From Amoebidium appalachense (lineage: Eukaryota > Protista > Ichthyosporea), in contig CAVNZM010000003.1 of NCBI GenBank assembly GCA_963693365.1, positions 8,365,312 through 8,429,311 on the forward strand: a stretch of DNA of 64,000 nucleotides, given 5' to 3'. The notes under the pieces were generated by a model, which made no database searches, was not told where the DNA came from, and saw only the letters and a list, made by a program, of their open reading frames with translations. Positions 19,170 to 52,926 of the stretch are shown piece after piece. The stretch's first letter is position 1. The number at the start of each line of letters is the position of its first letter. The translations under genes were made by a program, and so were the position numbers.

Positions 19170-19488
19170 GGGCAGGGGGGGATGGGGGGGAGGGGTTTGA
19201 ATGCGGAAAACGGTACGAAGTACACGACGAGAAGCATGGTGCAGGCCACATGCAAAAGCAAACATTCCAGTTTGCAACATCGGGAGGGAAAGGGGGGGGG
19301 GGGGGGAGGGTGCCCATACACAGGATGGAAGAACTGGCAGTTGGGGTTTGCACAGTTGGGGAAGAAGCGGCACTTTGGGGGCTGGGCAGCGCCAAAGCCC
19401 CCCCCAAATCCCATGGCTGCAAACCCCCCGTAGGCTGCACAAACCAGAATCAGTGACCCATTACACGTCACGAGGCAACAACTAAGAG

Positions 19489-19525
<37 letters not shown>

Positions 19526-19819
19526 ACCCACACAGACAGAACATACACACCAACACGCAAAAAAATCAACCACACAAAAACCACACAAAAAACATTGAAA
19601 TACAACAGTGCACCCCCCCCCCCCCCCCCCCCTTCCCCCCCCCCAAAGGTGTGAGCGCACGGTGTATATGTGTGCGAGTGTGTTTGTGCACTTATGCGTT
19701 TTACACTAGAAAGTGGGAGGAAGGGGAGGGAGGAAGGGAGGGAGGGAGGGAGGGAGGGAGGCAGGGAGGGAGGGGAGGGGGTAGAAACACGAACGAACAG
19801 CAGGGGAGATTGCGTCAGC

Positions 19820-19850
<31 letters not shown>

Positions 19851-20072
19851 ACACACACATATCCCACGCACCTCCAAAAGCCGGGGGGAAAGCGGTGGCA
19901 GGCATGCCGTTGGGGTGGTTGAAGGGGCAGGCCATGTTCCTGCAGCCCGGCCCAAAGCGGCAGTTTGGCCTCGGGTGCATGAAGTTGCACTCCTCCCCCC
20001 ACGAACAGTAGGGGAAGTTGCTGGAGGGGAAATCACGTGAGCAAAATGCTAATACAGGAATGACTATGTGAG

Positions 20073-20104
<32 letters not shown>

Positions 20105-20562
20105 TTCTCGCCTCCACTCCCAACACCACCCCACCCGGGTGCACGCATGCACACGCACGTATGCGCGGTGCCACACACAACACATGCCACCAACGCCCAA
20201 CCCTTGCACCTGCATTCATGAACGAGGGGGGGAGAGGGGACGAATCCTCCTGCAGGTGTGCATGTGGTTGTGCTCTTGTGCATCTGTGTGTATCAAGCAC
20301 CCACATTCAAGCACACACAAAAAAAAAAAAAAAAAAAAAAAAAATAGAAGCAAAATGATTGAAAGGCCACAAATATAAGTACACAAAAAGACAAAACCAA
20401 AACTTGCAGACAGAGGGTACACTAATAGAGCCCAATCAGGGGGTTCCCTATGCCTCCAGCACAAATATACACTTTTCAACTCTTTACCCTCTCATGCGAA
20501 GTTTGGGGGGGGGGAGGGAACGAATGTGTCATAGAGTACAAAGTACACATTCATGACATGAG

Positions 20563-20615
<53 letters not shown>

Positions 20616-21085
20616 AGCTGGGAATTTCATACGCGCAGGGCTTTGTTGAGCGGGGCTTGGCGGGGGCGGCGGGCTCCGAGTCCGGATGGTAGAAGGGACA
20701 GGCATCCCCGTTACGGCAGTTGGGATAGAACGTGCACACACGCTTGCCATCCTCTCCCTCCCCTGAGACGCACACAGGGTAAGCAAAAAGAACAGGAACA
20801 CAAACTGATATGGCACCTGCTTTTCTGTATGAGCACCAAGGGTGAGTGCATGGAAGACTGTTCAGGTAGGCGGGTATGTGTCCCCCAGTGGCCATGCTGC
20901 AAGTGTGCGTAGATGTGTTTGTGTCTGTGTAAACGTGTGTTGCACATGTGTGCATGAATGCATGAACGTTGCTGAATGCATGTGCATGTGCATATCCTTT
21001 CGTATGTTTGCAAGTGCATGCATGCGTGTTGTATTGGGCAAGGGAACATGGGGGGTGAGGGGAAGTGCGTGCATGCACACACAGA

Positions 21086-21148
<63 letters not shown>

Positions 21149-22147
21149 GAGAGAGAGAGAGTGTGTGTGTGTGTACAGGCGTGCAGGGGGATAAGATATG
21201 TGTGCGCGCGCATGTATGTGTGCAGGGGAAACGGTGCACAAGGGGGAGGGGTTCTCTACCGTTTGCCGTACGTGCCCTTTTGCCGGCATCCCCTTCCTCC
21301 TCCTCATCTGCTTTCCTCTTGTTGGACCCGTCACCTGCAGGAACAGTGTCAGCTAAGTACCATGATTGAACATTTGTTTTGACAAAAGTAACATCTGTCA
21401 TCAGCCTGACTAGGCATAACAAACCAGATGTCTATAAATCGAAGAGGCTGCTTTTGGGCTATCTTTGGTTGGCATCAGCATAAGAGAGAGGCATTGAGCA
21501 CATTGGGATTTGCAGCAACCAAATAGAAGTTGTACACGTTTCTTCGGTGGCTCCTATGACAATAGTAGCTTAGAGTCATCTCCACGATTTCAAACCAACA
21601 CAAACTAATTGCACAAACATGCTATCCCAAAAGCACCTGAATAGATACACATATTACACCACAATACAAGCCACTCCGGGCGGATGGGGAAGAGGAAGAG
21701 GAGGAGGAGGTGGTGGTGGGAGAGGCGGAGGGGGAGAGGGAGGGGGGAGGGGGGGCTACAAGTAACACACCTGACTGATTCACGGAGGCACCTCTTGGCC
21801 TGCAAGTACACGCAGAGGGACAATGTGTCAGCAAAGTCATCAGATAGATAAGGTAGAAACACAGGAATATACACTAAGCTTAGTCTATCGTTTGCTGAGT
21901 CGAGAAACTGACAGAGAGAATACTTTGACACACCAGTGTTATTCTTAATGCATCTGGTTGTTGTACAAGTTACAACTGTTCCAAGCCCCCCCCCCCCCCC
22001 CCCCCCCCCCCTCCCTCACCTTCTCCCCTCCCCTCCCCCCTCCTCCCCAAACACACACAAACACTCACAAATGTCCCCCCCTAAATATCCACCCTCCTCC
22101 CCCCTCTCTCGTAGAGCGATTGTCCATTGTAATCACACTGTGATGCC

Positions 22148-22183
<36 letters not shown>

Positions 22184-22568
22184 ACACACACACACCAGAA
22201 AAAAAAAAAAAGAACAACCAAACCAAACCAACAAAACACACACACACAACACACAAAGCCGTCACCATTCCCCCCCACCACCACCCGTTCAATCGTTCCC
22301 TTCTCCTTTTACCCACCACCAAAAACACAACACTGATTTGCGGAAAAGGAGCGATGACTGACCTTGACTGTGCTGCCACCTTGCTTGCTGCAAAGACCAC
22401 ACCATGTGAGTAGCAGCACACCAAACCCCCATGTCTGCAAAATCTGTTCCCCAAAACCTCTGTCTCACCCTCTCTCTACCCCCCCCCCCCCCTCCCCCTC
22501 TGACTCTCCCCTTCCCACCCCCCTGTCTCCCCTCCCTCTCTCTGCTCCCCCCCCCCCCCCCCCAAAAA

Positions 22569-22599
<31 letters not shown>

Positions 22600-22799
22600 C
22601 ACACCACCCCTCTACCCTCAACCTCTTATCTTTTCTTTAGGGGGGAGGCAACAAAAAAGGTGCCCCTCATGCTTGCGTATCAACCATATCATATCAACCC
22701 GAGATAAGACTTTCATCCTTCCCATGTAACAAACATATGTGCACGTGTAGGCGTCTGTTCGTGCTCCACATGTGTCGATGTTTTGCTTGTGCTTACGCT

Positions 22800-22836
<37 letters not shown>

Positions 22837-23161
22837 AAAGGCTCACACAAGTGTTCTTGTGCTCACACGTGTGTGTGCTTGTTCTTGTGCGCAATCTGTG
22901 CGTGTGAAGGTGCATGCCCGTTGCCGTGCACACGTGCAAACCCCATACATGCCCGTGAATGTACACAGCCACCACCAAGCAAGAGTCTACCCCATCAACA
23001 CATCAACCATAACCCAACAGTATCTGTTATGTTACCTTTGGCGGCTTCACCGACTCTCTCCACCAACCTGCAAACACAATGCCTCCATTAGTACTGTGTG
23101 TGTGTGTGCCCAAATGAAGTGCGCGCGTGTGTGTGTGTGTGTGTCCAAAATGCAGTGTGTG

Positions 23162-23201
<40 letters not shown>

Positions 23202-24361
23202 GGGTGTCTACAACTCGAGCATGGTGTGTGCCTGACTGTGCCTGTACGATTAATACTCCGTCCATGGCAGCCAATCTATTAGTTGCCTCCCCCCCCCCCC
23301 CCCCCCCCCCCCCGTGCATCCTATTCTCACTGCTATCCCCCCCCTCCCCCTTCCCTCCAAAAACAAAACAACTTCTATGCAATGCCCTCTTGCTGACCAC
23401 CCACTTGCTCATCACTACGGCATGCCTGGGCAGCACACCAACAGGCACGTGCACAAAAACACAACTAGCCCCCCCCCCTCCCCTCCCCCCCCCCCCTCCC
23501 CAGCACCACTACCACCTACCCCCCGCCTCCCCGTACACACACGTACACAAACAGACATACGAGACATGTGCGGGCACCCACCGATATTAGTGAGCGGGAA
23601 CACACACACAAACACAAGGACACCTATGCACAGTCCACGAGCAAGCACACAAAACACAAACCCGCTCACCCACAAACGCACGCCAAACAAGTCAACATGC
23701 CCTTTCACACCTCACGTACAGGCGCACATAACCCCCTCCCTCCCCCCCCCCCCCCCCCCCCCCCCCAAACACCCACCCACCCACACGTTCTTTCGATACA
23801 CACACACACCCACCCACACCCACACACCCACACACACACCAATGCATTACTTACCAGTCTACAAACGAGTCCGTGTTTTCAGCCAGGAACATATCCAACT
23901 GTTCGCGAATCTCATCGCTAGACTTCCTGTTTTTGACCATCACAAGGATGTACTGTGGAAGCACATCATCTGCAAAGGAGCAGAAAATCAAATCAGCAAA
24001 ACACTCATGGCATAAACACATGACCTACACATATATGCTAAAGCAATACTGCGGCAAAGTTAAGCCGATGAACGAAACATACGTTGCAACATATCTAACT
24101 CATGGTAACTCCTTATACCCACTGAAAGAGCCCCTATTATTCTCAACAGCGATCTTCCGACCACTGTCCCAAGCCAGCCCCCCCCCCCCCCCCCCCCCCC
24201 CTCCGAGGCCCCACCCCATCCCCCCCATCCCCCCCCCCTCCTCTTCGGAGAGCAGTTCTTACACATCACACGACCTGTCATCAAGCATGAAAAGATTACG
24301 CACACACGACACACACACACACACACACACACACTCTCTCTCTCTCTCCCTCCCTCCCTCC

Positions 24362-24397
<36 letters not shown>

Positions 24398-25729
24398 TCA
24401 ATAGGGACGACAGCAACAGCCCACCCACCCACTCACCTGTGTACGCATCAATCTCCTTCAGTTTCTCCACAATGGCCTCCTGTTTAGGTCGCCCAAGTCA
24501 GTCAAGGATTGGACACATCTCAAGATCTGAAGCCAACAAATAATAGCTTATTTGGAATGCCTTGTCAAAAACAAGGAGGGTGTACAGCCAACCCTTGCAA
24601 TGTGCTGTGGGCGGAGACAAGGATGGCCGGGCATGAGCAGGATTGGCAGAGAGGTCTTGGGAGAGTAAAAGCAAAGGGCGGCAAATAAGAGTAGATGAGT
24701 ACAAGCGGGGGAATACGGGCGGGTGTATGTGTATGTATGTGTGTGTGGGTTTGGGGAGGGGGGGGGAGGGGTTGGAGGGAGTGGAGGGTGGGTGGGTGGG
24801 TGGGTGGGTGGGGGGGGGGGGGAGGAGGGGGGAAGAGGGGGGTACACCCGCACCACACACTACAACACACAAAAGAAACAAACTATACATGCAGTGAAGA
24901 GTGTTGTGTGTGTAACCACACCAAAAGAGCATGCAGCACAAGCAAAAGTCAATCTCCCAAAAAGCCACATGAAGCCAAGGGGAGGGGAGGGGGGGTCCGA
25001 TGTATGGGGAAACACTACCAAGCACACAAATGCACAACAAGAAAATAGCGCAGACAGAAATTGGTTTGCGGAAACATGCCCGACGTGTGTGAAAGCATAG
25101 GAGGGAAAGGGGTCAGAGAAAGAGTAACCCGCACAAAGCACTAAGTAGGACAAAAGAATGAAGACCACACAGGAAAGAAGAGATGTGGGTGCCTTAGGCA
25201 CAACGGAGAGAGGGCAGGGAGGGAAGAGGAGGGGGGGAGGGGGGGGAGAAGGAGGTGATGTACGTTGGAGGGTTGGCCAGATGGAGGAGTCGCCAAAGGA
25301 AAACAACAAAACGTCACAAAAATGAGAAACCCGAAATCAAACAAGGTAAGTGTGCAGGCAGAAGACATTTGAACAGAGCCAATGACAGGAAAGCGAGCAG
25401 TAACTACTTCCACCAGTTGTTGCTATCTTTCAAAGGGCGGTCAAACGAAAAGTTCCACGTCATCACCCTAACCGTCCAAAAACGACACCCAAGGAGCGTG
25501 AAACTGGCATTCCTCAACAAGTGCAACAGGTACACGGGAAACTCACAATAAACATTCAACACAGTCGTTCGTTATACACACGACTTCACTGTTGTGACAT
25601 GCAAAAAACTCTATCAATGGAGGCAAATGGACGCGTCATGTTTTCTCTGGCCTGTGGGTAGCCGGGGACGTGCTCACTCACCCTCACAACCTCCAGAGAG
25701 TCCTCGGTCAACTCAGGTAGCTGCGCCAT
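17812..25729 (-). CDS. ZC3H14: ZC3H14/Nab2-like polyadenosine-binding CCCH zinc-finger protein (12 exons)
   Basis: Exons 25729-25682, 24479-24437, 23969-23855, 23067-23036, 22387-22363, 21799-21771, 21334-21260, 20762-20633, 20020-19872, 19434-19320, 18452-18392, 18015-17812, all GT-AG and phase-consistent. N-terminus EAIVEKLKEIDAYTDDVLPQYILVMVKNRKSSDEIREQLDMFLAENTDSFVDWL matches the PWI-like domain of ZC3H14; six C-x5-C-x4/5-C-x3-H fingers; TGA stop. Confidence 0.9.
19195..19282 (-). mobile_element. Fragment (3' tail only) of ribozyme-bearing repeat, subfamily A
   Basis: gtttgaatgcggaaaacggtacgaagtac...cacatgcaaaagcaaacattccagtttgcaacatc aligns to the copies at 30078 and 43498; G-rich sequence on both sides. 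Confidence 0.8.
20340..20560 (-). mobile_element. Degenerate subfamily B copy (20340-20504) followed by a G tract and a subfamily A tail remnant
   Basis: agagcccaatcagggggttccctatgcctcca...tttcaactctttaccctctcatgcg aligns to 42267-42342; core motif decayed. Confidence 0.7.
25257..25390 (-). mobile_element. Truncated subfamily B copy
   Basis: gatgtacgttggagggttgg...caacaaaacgtcacaaaaatgagaaacccgaaatcaaacaa...gaacagagcc aligns to 33005-33130 and 42148-42272. Confidence 0.8.
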
Positions 25730-27749
25730 GATGAAAGAAATGTAGTGCTTTTCGCGTATTTAAATGATTTGAGACGATGAATTTCCAGTATAGAGCCGCT
25801 ACAACCGTCTCTGTTGCTTGTCACAAATTTCTCGTTACAAGATGGTCACACACCTGCGTCTCCCCAAAATCTGCAACAAATGCGCTCGTTCTCAAAGAGC
25901 GCACAGAGAAAACGGGATGCTGTGATTACAGTGCTATTCTTTGCTAGCTAACAAGCGTCTGCAACCATAAACACACTTGCCTAAACGGTATATCAAGTTC
26001 TCTCGCAAAAACTAATGTGCAAGGGAATTTCTCGCTTTATCGACCGTTACACCTCTGCGTGACTGCCAACACGTGAAACTTGCCGCTTACCTGGGCAACT
26101 TTGTCATCACCAAAAATGGTTATACCGTCACTCACAGTTTATGACGTACAAGCTGACGCTAATCGGGTCCGACCCGAATGATGAGCAGGTCCTCACAGCT
26201 GATCCGAAAGGCTCAGCTGAGCGGCAAACAATATTAAAAGTATAAACAGCTGTTGTGCTAAAACAATTATTGTTATTTGCAAACAATAATTTAAAGTTTA
26301 TTACCATGAATGCAAACAGCTAATATCAGAGAGAAATTTGATCGACTCTGTCTTCTGACGGTTTACAGTACCGGGTCACCCGCCCATTTCAAACTTCGAG
26401 CTGAGCTTGACCTGCTGGCTGTCGACAACCGTCGTGCCACAAACTCGTGGTTTGTGACGGTGTGCACCCAAAATAAACAAGGTATGTACGTCACGGTAGT
26501 TCGACATGAGCTGTACGCGTGCTCACACTGCATGTACGTACACATGTGTTCGAGTCGATCACACCCCCCTCCTCCCCCCTCCGGGCCCCCGCTGCCCCCG
26601 TCACCGCCTTCCGGTCTACGCTCTTTTTTTCTACTAGTAGTTCAGGCGGCACATTTCCAGATCAGAAAATATAATAATTTGTTGAGTACATTTTGCACGA
26701 TCGCATGCACCCCGCACCCAAAACCGTACGCGTTAGCCTGCCAGCACGAACATGAGCATGCAAGTGCACGAACTCGTCGCCGCACTTTTTTTTTTTTTTT
26801 TTTTTTTTTTGGGGAGGGGGGGGGGGGGGGGGGGGGGGGGGGTTGGTTGGTTGGTACGTTGGCACCAGTGATCATGACCGGCCATACGTGCTTTTTTTTT
26901 TTTGCCCCCCTTGCTAACCTAATTAGCAACAAATAGTATACACACTGCATGAACATCGTTCGAGTTGTTTTTATTTCGGCATCTTGAATGCCACCCAACT
27001 ACGAAGCTACGACTAGAGTACGGCAGACTTCAAGTGCAAAATACAACTGAAGAAAGCTTACTACTTTTCTACTTTATCGAAGCTTATACATAACTTCTAT
27101 GGTATATGGAACCATTGAGTTTAAAACGGAAAAAAAATAAAAGACAAAACGACCTAACCCTAATTTTAGACCACACCACTTGTGAAAGGAAAATTCATTA
27201 TCATCCAACCACATCGGACACATATCGAGCCCAACAGATCGTTACTGATTTTCACAGTAAGCAAGTCTGAAATGCTAGCATATAGTAATACAGCTACTGT
27301 TACGTGCTTACGCGGTGACCCAAACAGGTTATAATCCTTAGGTGCTTGTGCGCATACAAACACGCAACCGTTTGGTGCCAGCTCTATTTTATGGCCAAGA
27401 TCGTGGTTGTGCTTAAATGGTATATATAGCCATTCGTAATCTCATACAACACAAACGCAAATGAAAAAAGAACAGGTGCATACATCACGAGTAAGACTCA
27501 ATGGTGACAAAGAAGCTAAAATACTGCATGAAACTCTGGCATGGCCGGGAAAGAGAAACAGCCAAAGAAGTGTTTTCGCAAGCGCGCGCGCGTTCGAGTC
27601 AGTGAGCAAAAGAGGTGTCAGTGTGAGTGTAAATCTCACACACTGTGAGTGAGTTAGAGTGTGTGTGAGGGTGTGTGTGTGCGTGTGTGCGCGCGTGCTT
27701 GTGTGTGTGTGTGCAAATCATTTTGTGTGTCCGTGTGTGTGTTTGCTTG

Positions 27750-27792
27750 CGTGTGGAACCGGTGGTGCACATAACTGCAAATAATATTGACC

Positions 27793-27841
<49 letters not shown>

Positions 27842-27944
27842 CGCATGTGCGTGTGGAACCGGTGGTGCACATAAGTGCAAATAATATTGACCAGTGTGTT
27901 TGTGTGTGAACCGGTGGTGCACATAAGTGCAAATAATATTGACC

Positions 27945-27955
<11 letters not shown>
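27750..27955. repeat. Three copies of a ~50-bp unit embedded in (TG)n
   Basis: gaaccggtggtgcacataa(c/g)tgcaaataatattgaccagtgtgtttgtgtg repeated at ~27756, ~27856 and ~27908. Confidence 0.9.
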
Positions 27956-28021
<66 letters not shown>

Positions 28022-28137
28022 ACGCTCGAGAGAGTGTGTACATGTATGCGCACGTGAACACGTGTGTGTGTGTGTGCGTGTGTACATACGCGTGTAAGTG
28101 TGTGTGTGTGTGTGCTTTGGGGGCTATCGTCATGTGT

Positions 28138-47120
<18,983 letters not shown>

Positions 47121-48386
47121 TCTTACTAGATTGAGCCCCAAGCCCAATCATTTACCAGCACTTTTGGTTGAAGTCCATGTATGCGTTATGCATCTCCTAA
47201 AACTAGTTGTGCCACCCCGACAAACATCAGCTAAACGATTGTGATCTGGCCATGTGTCCTGTAGAAGCCGATCTCCCGTCGATCTAGCGTACAATAGAAG
47301 GGCGCAGAAACGCACAAGATCGCACGCAGAATCTCTGAAAAACGGTGTGGAAACGCTGGTTGCAATCCCTGTGATGTACACCAGAATAGTAGAGGCACGA
47401 AACGGAGCTCAAAGGAACAGAAAAAGACGGTAACACATAAAAGGAAACGATGACAGCCGTCTTAGCGATGTGGAGTCCAGATAGAACCTATTCTTCTCAC
47501 AGTGAGAAATAGTTGTAGCATGGACTAAGTTGGCTCACATCCATGGAGCCCTCCAAAACTGCTAACAGAGGTGGGCAGGCCTACACCCAGAAGCTAAGTG
47601 CATTAACCTACTTGCAACATCAGCCATGCAATGTGACAACATATTATGCTATAAAGCTGGAGCATAGCAACAAAAATGTATGTAAAAAGACCTTCACATA
47701 CTCAGAGACTATGCTACGTATTGGTGGAACTAAGAAGTTACACGCTGCAAAAACGGCCATATGGCCCCGACCTCACAGAGGCATTGCTCACAGCACCTCA
47801 GTTTCAGTCTTTGCTCTGTTGCGATCAGGGGGGCTTTTTACCTTATTTGGTGCGGGTTTACCCAATCATAAGTCTTGAAATTCAGTAAAGTCTAACAAAC
47901 CCCCTCCCCCAGGGTAATTGTGGCCTAAAGTATGTACATGTTTGTGTGACACGGGAATGTGCTGTGCTGTGTCACCCTGTCGGTGAGGGTAGAACGCAAT
48001 GTTGCAGGGTGTATTGTTAGTTTGGTATGAAACAGTGTAGTTCTTCGGGTAAGATGAGAGGTAGTCCTCGGGCTGGTTGAGTTGGCATGAAGGGGTATAA
48101 AAGGAAGGGGGAGGGGAAGGGGAGGAGGGCAGGGAGGGAGGGATGTAAGGGTTAGAGTGAGCTCTTGATGCCTCCCGAAAGGTTCCAAACCGAGACGCTT
48201 TGGCCTGCAGGCAGCCGTAAAATGCCCCCGGTTGCTCTTTATCTCCTTGCATAATATAATGGTTTTATAAAACGTGCTCAAAAACTCAACTCAAATGTCT
48301 GTGATCATGGCCTTCAGTTCAGCATATATAATCCTACCCCCCTCCCCTCCCCCCAAACACAGACACACAGACAGACACGCACACGC

Positions 48387-48456
<70 letters not shown>

Positions 48457-48960
48457 ACACACGTACACATGCACTCATCACATGCCTGCTACTGTAACGA
48501 ATCGTTTTATTTGAAAGCATCTATCGGATATTTATAGGTGTGGTATGCCCTGTGGTTGCGTGTGCCTGCAGGTGTGTGCGTACTGCCTTGCCTGTGTGTG
48601 TGTGTGTGTGCCTGTGTGCAAGCGAAATGCAGATGCCAGTTTGATCGCGTGTGTCTGCACAAGTGTGCCTGTGTCAAGGCCTCCTGCATAAACAGGCCTT
48701 GGCCTGTGCAAGCGATGCACTGGGAGTTTAATTTCGTGTGTGTATATATGTGTGTCACGACTGTAACCGCCGGTCAATTAGTTATGGGCAAATACGAAAT
48801 AGCATTCATTCACATGCCACAGGCATAAAAGATAAGGAGGAGAACCCATCGATCTGTCCCTGTGCTTTCCCTCCGAGCCCCACCCCACCCCATCAACCCT
48901 TCCCAAACAACATGCACGCAAGCATACACGCAGGTGTTGCACAGGCTTCAGAGACTTCAA

Positions 48961-49008
<48 letters not shown>

Positions 49009-49548
49009 AAAGAAGAAAAAAAAAAAAAAAAAAAAAACACCCTCCTCCCGGCCCAAAAATCAATGCAAAAAAAATTCATAATGAAGAAAAAAATAAAAAA
49101 AACGTCCCCCCCCCCCCCCCCCCCCCAACCTGCCCCTCCCCAACCCCCTTCTCCCTGCCCCCCTTTCCCGCCCTTCCCTTATACGTGCACTGCGCACGGA
49201 CACGTACACACAGGTCCACACACATATAACCCCTACCCGCCCCGCCCCCCCCCCCCCCCCCCCCCCTCCCCTCCCCCCCCCCCCCCCCCCCCCCAAACAC
49301 ACGTGCACACACACACACACACACACACACCACCACCACCACCACCAACACTAAGAGCGCAAGTATTTCAACAATAACAAGAACTAATATTTAAGTACAA
49401 GTGGTTGAGTCGTTTGGCCGCACTAAGCTTACATAGCCATATATGGTGTGTGCTACAACTCTAATTAGTACATAACATCCTATGGTGCATTCTCCATCTT
49501 CTGGGTTGTGGCAGATTATTCAAAAAGCTCCGGTCATTCCCACAGCCA

Positions 49549-49757
49549 CTAGTCCTCGTCATCCTCCTGCCCGTAGTCCTCCCCGACACCTGTAACCCCC
49601 CAAGTCATAAGTCACGTTAGGAATTAAATCCCAAAAATAAGTGCATGCATGTGTGCCGCACACACACAACATGCGACTATTCTTATCACCAGGCTAGAAA
49701 ACAAATGCAAGAAAATGAGGCGCGCGCGCACACACATACACACACACACACATGAAC

Positions 49758-49797
<40 letters not shown>

Positions 49798-49800
49798 AAC

Positions 49801-49836
<36 letters not shown>

Positions 49837-49838
49837 TG

Positions 49839-49889
<51 letters not shown>

Positions 49890-50263
49890 GACCATGTGTA
49901 TAATACGTTGCAGGGCTACACTGTGGCCAATGTGCGCACTACAAACAAGCCAACAAGCAACCAAGCAAACAACAACAAAAAAAAAATCCGTGCCACACCT
50001 TCCCCAGGACGACACACCCGACTCAGCAAGAGGGAGGGACGGGGTGAGGGGGTGAGGGGATAGAGGTTTGTTTAGCCAACCACATAGATAATGCAAGGAG
50101 AGCAGGGGGGCAATGGAGCATATTAGGCTGGTCCTGGGGGGGAAGAAGGGGTGAGGGGAGGGGGAGCGGGTAAGGGGAAGGGGGGGGGGGGGAGGGGGGG
50201 GGGGGGGGGGGAAGAGTGTTGGAGCAAAGCCGAACGCATGACACACACGTACGTACAATCCGT

Positions 50264-50316
<53 letters not shown>

Positions 50317-50513
50317 GGGGGGGGCTACTGCACCTGCATATGCACTTAATACGGCAGCGGCAGTAGATGTAGAGGCCAAGTCTCGCGGGGTCTGCCCTTC
50401 CTCGTTTTGAATAGTGGGTGTTGCCCCTGAAACACACAAAGTGAATATTGTTGGTTATAAGGCAGAAAGGGTAGGGTGGGGTGGATGGGTGGGTGGGTGG
50501 ACGACGTGGTGGT

Positions 50514-50549
<36 letters not shown>

Positions 50550-51405
50550 GACTTTCACGCTCATCATCCGAGAGAAGAAATGTTGTTCAAGTTTGAAAAA
50601 GGGAAGAAAATGAACATGTCAGACGGGTAAAGGAGCAATAATGCTTTCATAACCCGTCTCGTTATTGACAAAGTCGCAGTTTTTCCAGATAGCGATTTCA
50701 GGGATATTTGACACGTTCATGGTTTGCAGTAACTTTTCACATTCAGTGCTGTTGTACCTGAGAAACCGGTACCAAATGGTGTTTAACTGGTGTATCTGCT
50801 TCATGTATTCTTTGCAGCACATTACACACATCTTGCCAAAAATATGCTTTGTTGCACGAATAACAATAATAATATTAAATCCATTAACGCAACGATTCAT
50901 TTATGCAGTCCCCATATCGAGTACGTGCTGCCACGTACACGCACGTTCGAATCAATGTAATTATGCCCATAAATGGTAAGAGCTCTTCTTTTTTTAGGCA
51001 TTTGCAAATCGCTACAACAAATAGAATTCTGTATATTTTTTCTATATAGACGTTAAAGATAGCTGCATACATACCTTTATCCAGTAGCATCTGCACAACC
51101 CTTTCATCCCCCTTGTATGCAGCATTGTGCAGGGGGGTATCCCCCAACTTATTCTGTTGGGTGGCCCCAAAATCAGTTTACGCCCACAACAATCTCACAA
51201 CTCAAAACTTTTTGAATCTCTTCTCCGCATAATACCCCTTCCCTCCAAACCCCCCACCTCTTCTCCCCCCCCCCCCCCCCCCCCCTCCCCCTTCCCCCAA
51301 GGAACTGAATCTCAATGAATCAGTTTTATTTGTCGTACCGAATATACTCCTTCCCCCTTCCCTGCCCCTCGTTCCTCTTCGACTCTTCTCTTTCTCTTGC
51401 TATCC

Positions 51406-51440
<35 letters not shown>

Positions 51441-51630
51441 CTCCCTCTCCCTCCCCCCTCCCTTTCCCCCCCAAAAAGGATAAAAAAGCACATTCAATGG
51501 TCTCTATCCCCTCCCACGTGCCAATAATGCGCTGTAACCACACCTGTGATCTGTGTGCACCTTCGTCTCTTGTCTCTGCAACCCAAACCCCTCTCCCTCC
51601 CCCCCCCCCCCCCCCCTCTCTCCCCCCCCC

Positions 51631-51662
<32 letters not shown>

Positions 51663-52319
51663 ACATCCTCCCCCCTACTAAGAACTCCGTTCCAATATTC
51701 GATCATGGAATCCCGACCCGATACAGGAAAAAGGAGGGTTTGACATGAAACATCGCCAGGAAAAAAAAAGGGGGAGAGGGGGAGGAGGGGGGGAGGGGGG
51801 GGGGGGAAGGGGGGGGGACGCATCTACGTTACTTTTGCCGGGTAAGGGGGGTGGGGGGTGGTTGGTTAGAGGGGGGGTGGGGGGGGGGGGTGGGGGGGGA
51901 AGGGTTGGTTGAACATGTCCACTAGACATAGGGCACTCCCGTATGTACTAGTGCATGTTTGGTACATGCATGCGAGTGTACGAGTATGTGTCTGTGTACA
52001 TGTGTGTTTGAGTGCTCCTATGTGTGCAAGTGTGTATGCACTATCATGCTTGTGTCTGCCTGTGTGTGTACATGTGCCATGTGTGTGCACTTGTGTCTGT
52101 ACTTGTGTCTTTGTGTGTGTTTGATGGACTGCGTCCAAGTACATGCGTGCAAGTGTGTGTGCACTTGTAAATTTGTGTGAGCTTGAGCCTGTACCTTGCA
52201 CGCACGTGTGTGCTCGTGTATTCACGTGTGCTGGCGCGTGTGCTTCTATGCTTCTATGTGCGCTTTGTGTGCACATGCACCCATCCGTATGTTCTCTATG
52301 CTCGCATGTACGTGTATGA

Positions 52320-52417
<98 letters not shown>

Positions 52418-52894
52418 GTGCACGTGCACCCACCTGTATATCGACCTCTATGTTCTTGGTTGCAAGCAGCAATTCCACCACCTGCACATGTCCCCCCCGT
52501 GCAGCCCAATGTAGGGGGGTACATCCCGCCTTATCCAGGCCATTGGGTGATACACCAGCAGACAATGCCTCTTTGACAAACTCATAGTTTCCTGCCCACA
52601 AAATGTATACATGAGCAATGCTTTCGTGAATAGAATAATAAGCGTGTTACTACTAGAATAGGTGTAACTATATACCAACAATGAGACGAGCGAAAAGAAT
52701 AGCTAGCATACATAGAAGGAGAAGAGGGGAACAACGTGCTCTTATGGGTCAAAAAGACCCCATGCCCGCACGAGTGCTATGAAAAAGAGCACAGAGCGTA
52801 GATGAATGTCTTGCCACGTTGAACACACCGTGCTACCCCTTCCCCTGCCCCCATTTCTCCTCCACCCCCCCCCCCCCCCCCCCCCCCCCCCCAA

Positions 52895-52926
<32 letters not shown>

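Noticed and set aside
50619-50900. 93-aa non-repetitive ORF inside an OSTF1 intron
   Set aside because: No recognisable motif, AT-rich, and not needed for the OSTF1 reading frame; likely chance or a decayed insertion.
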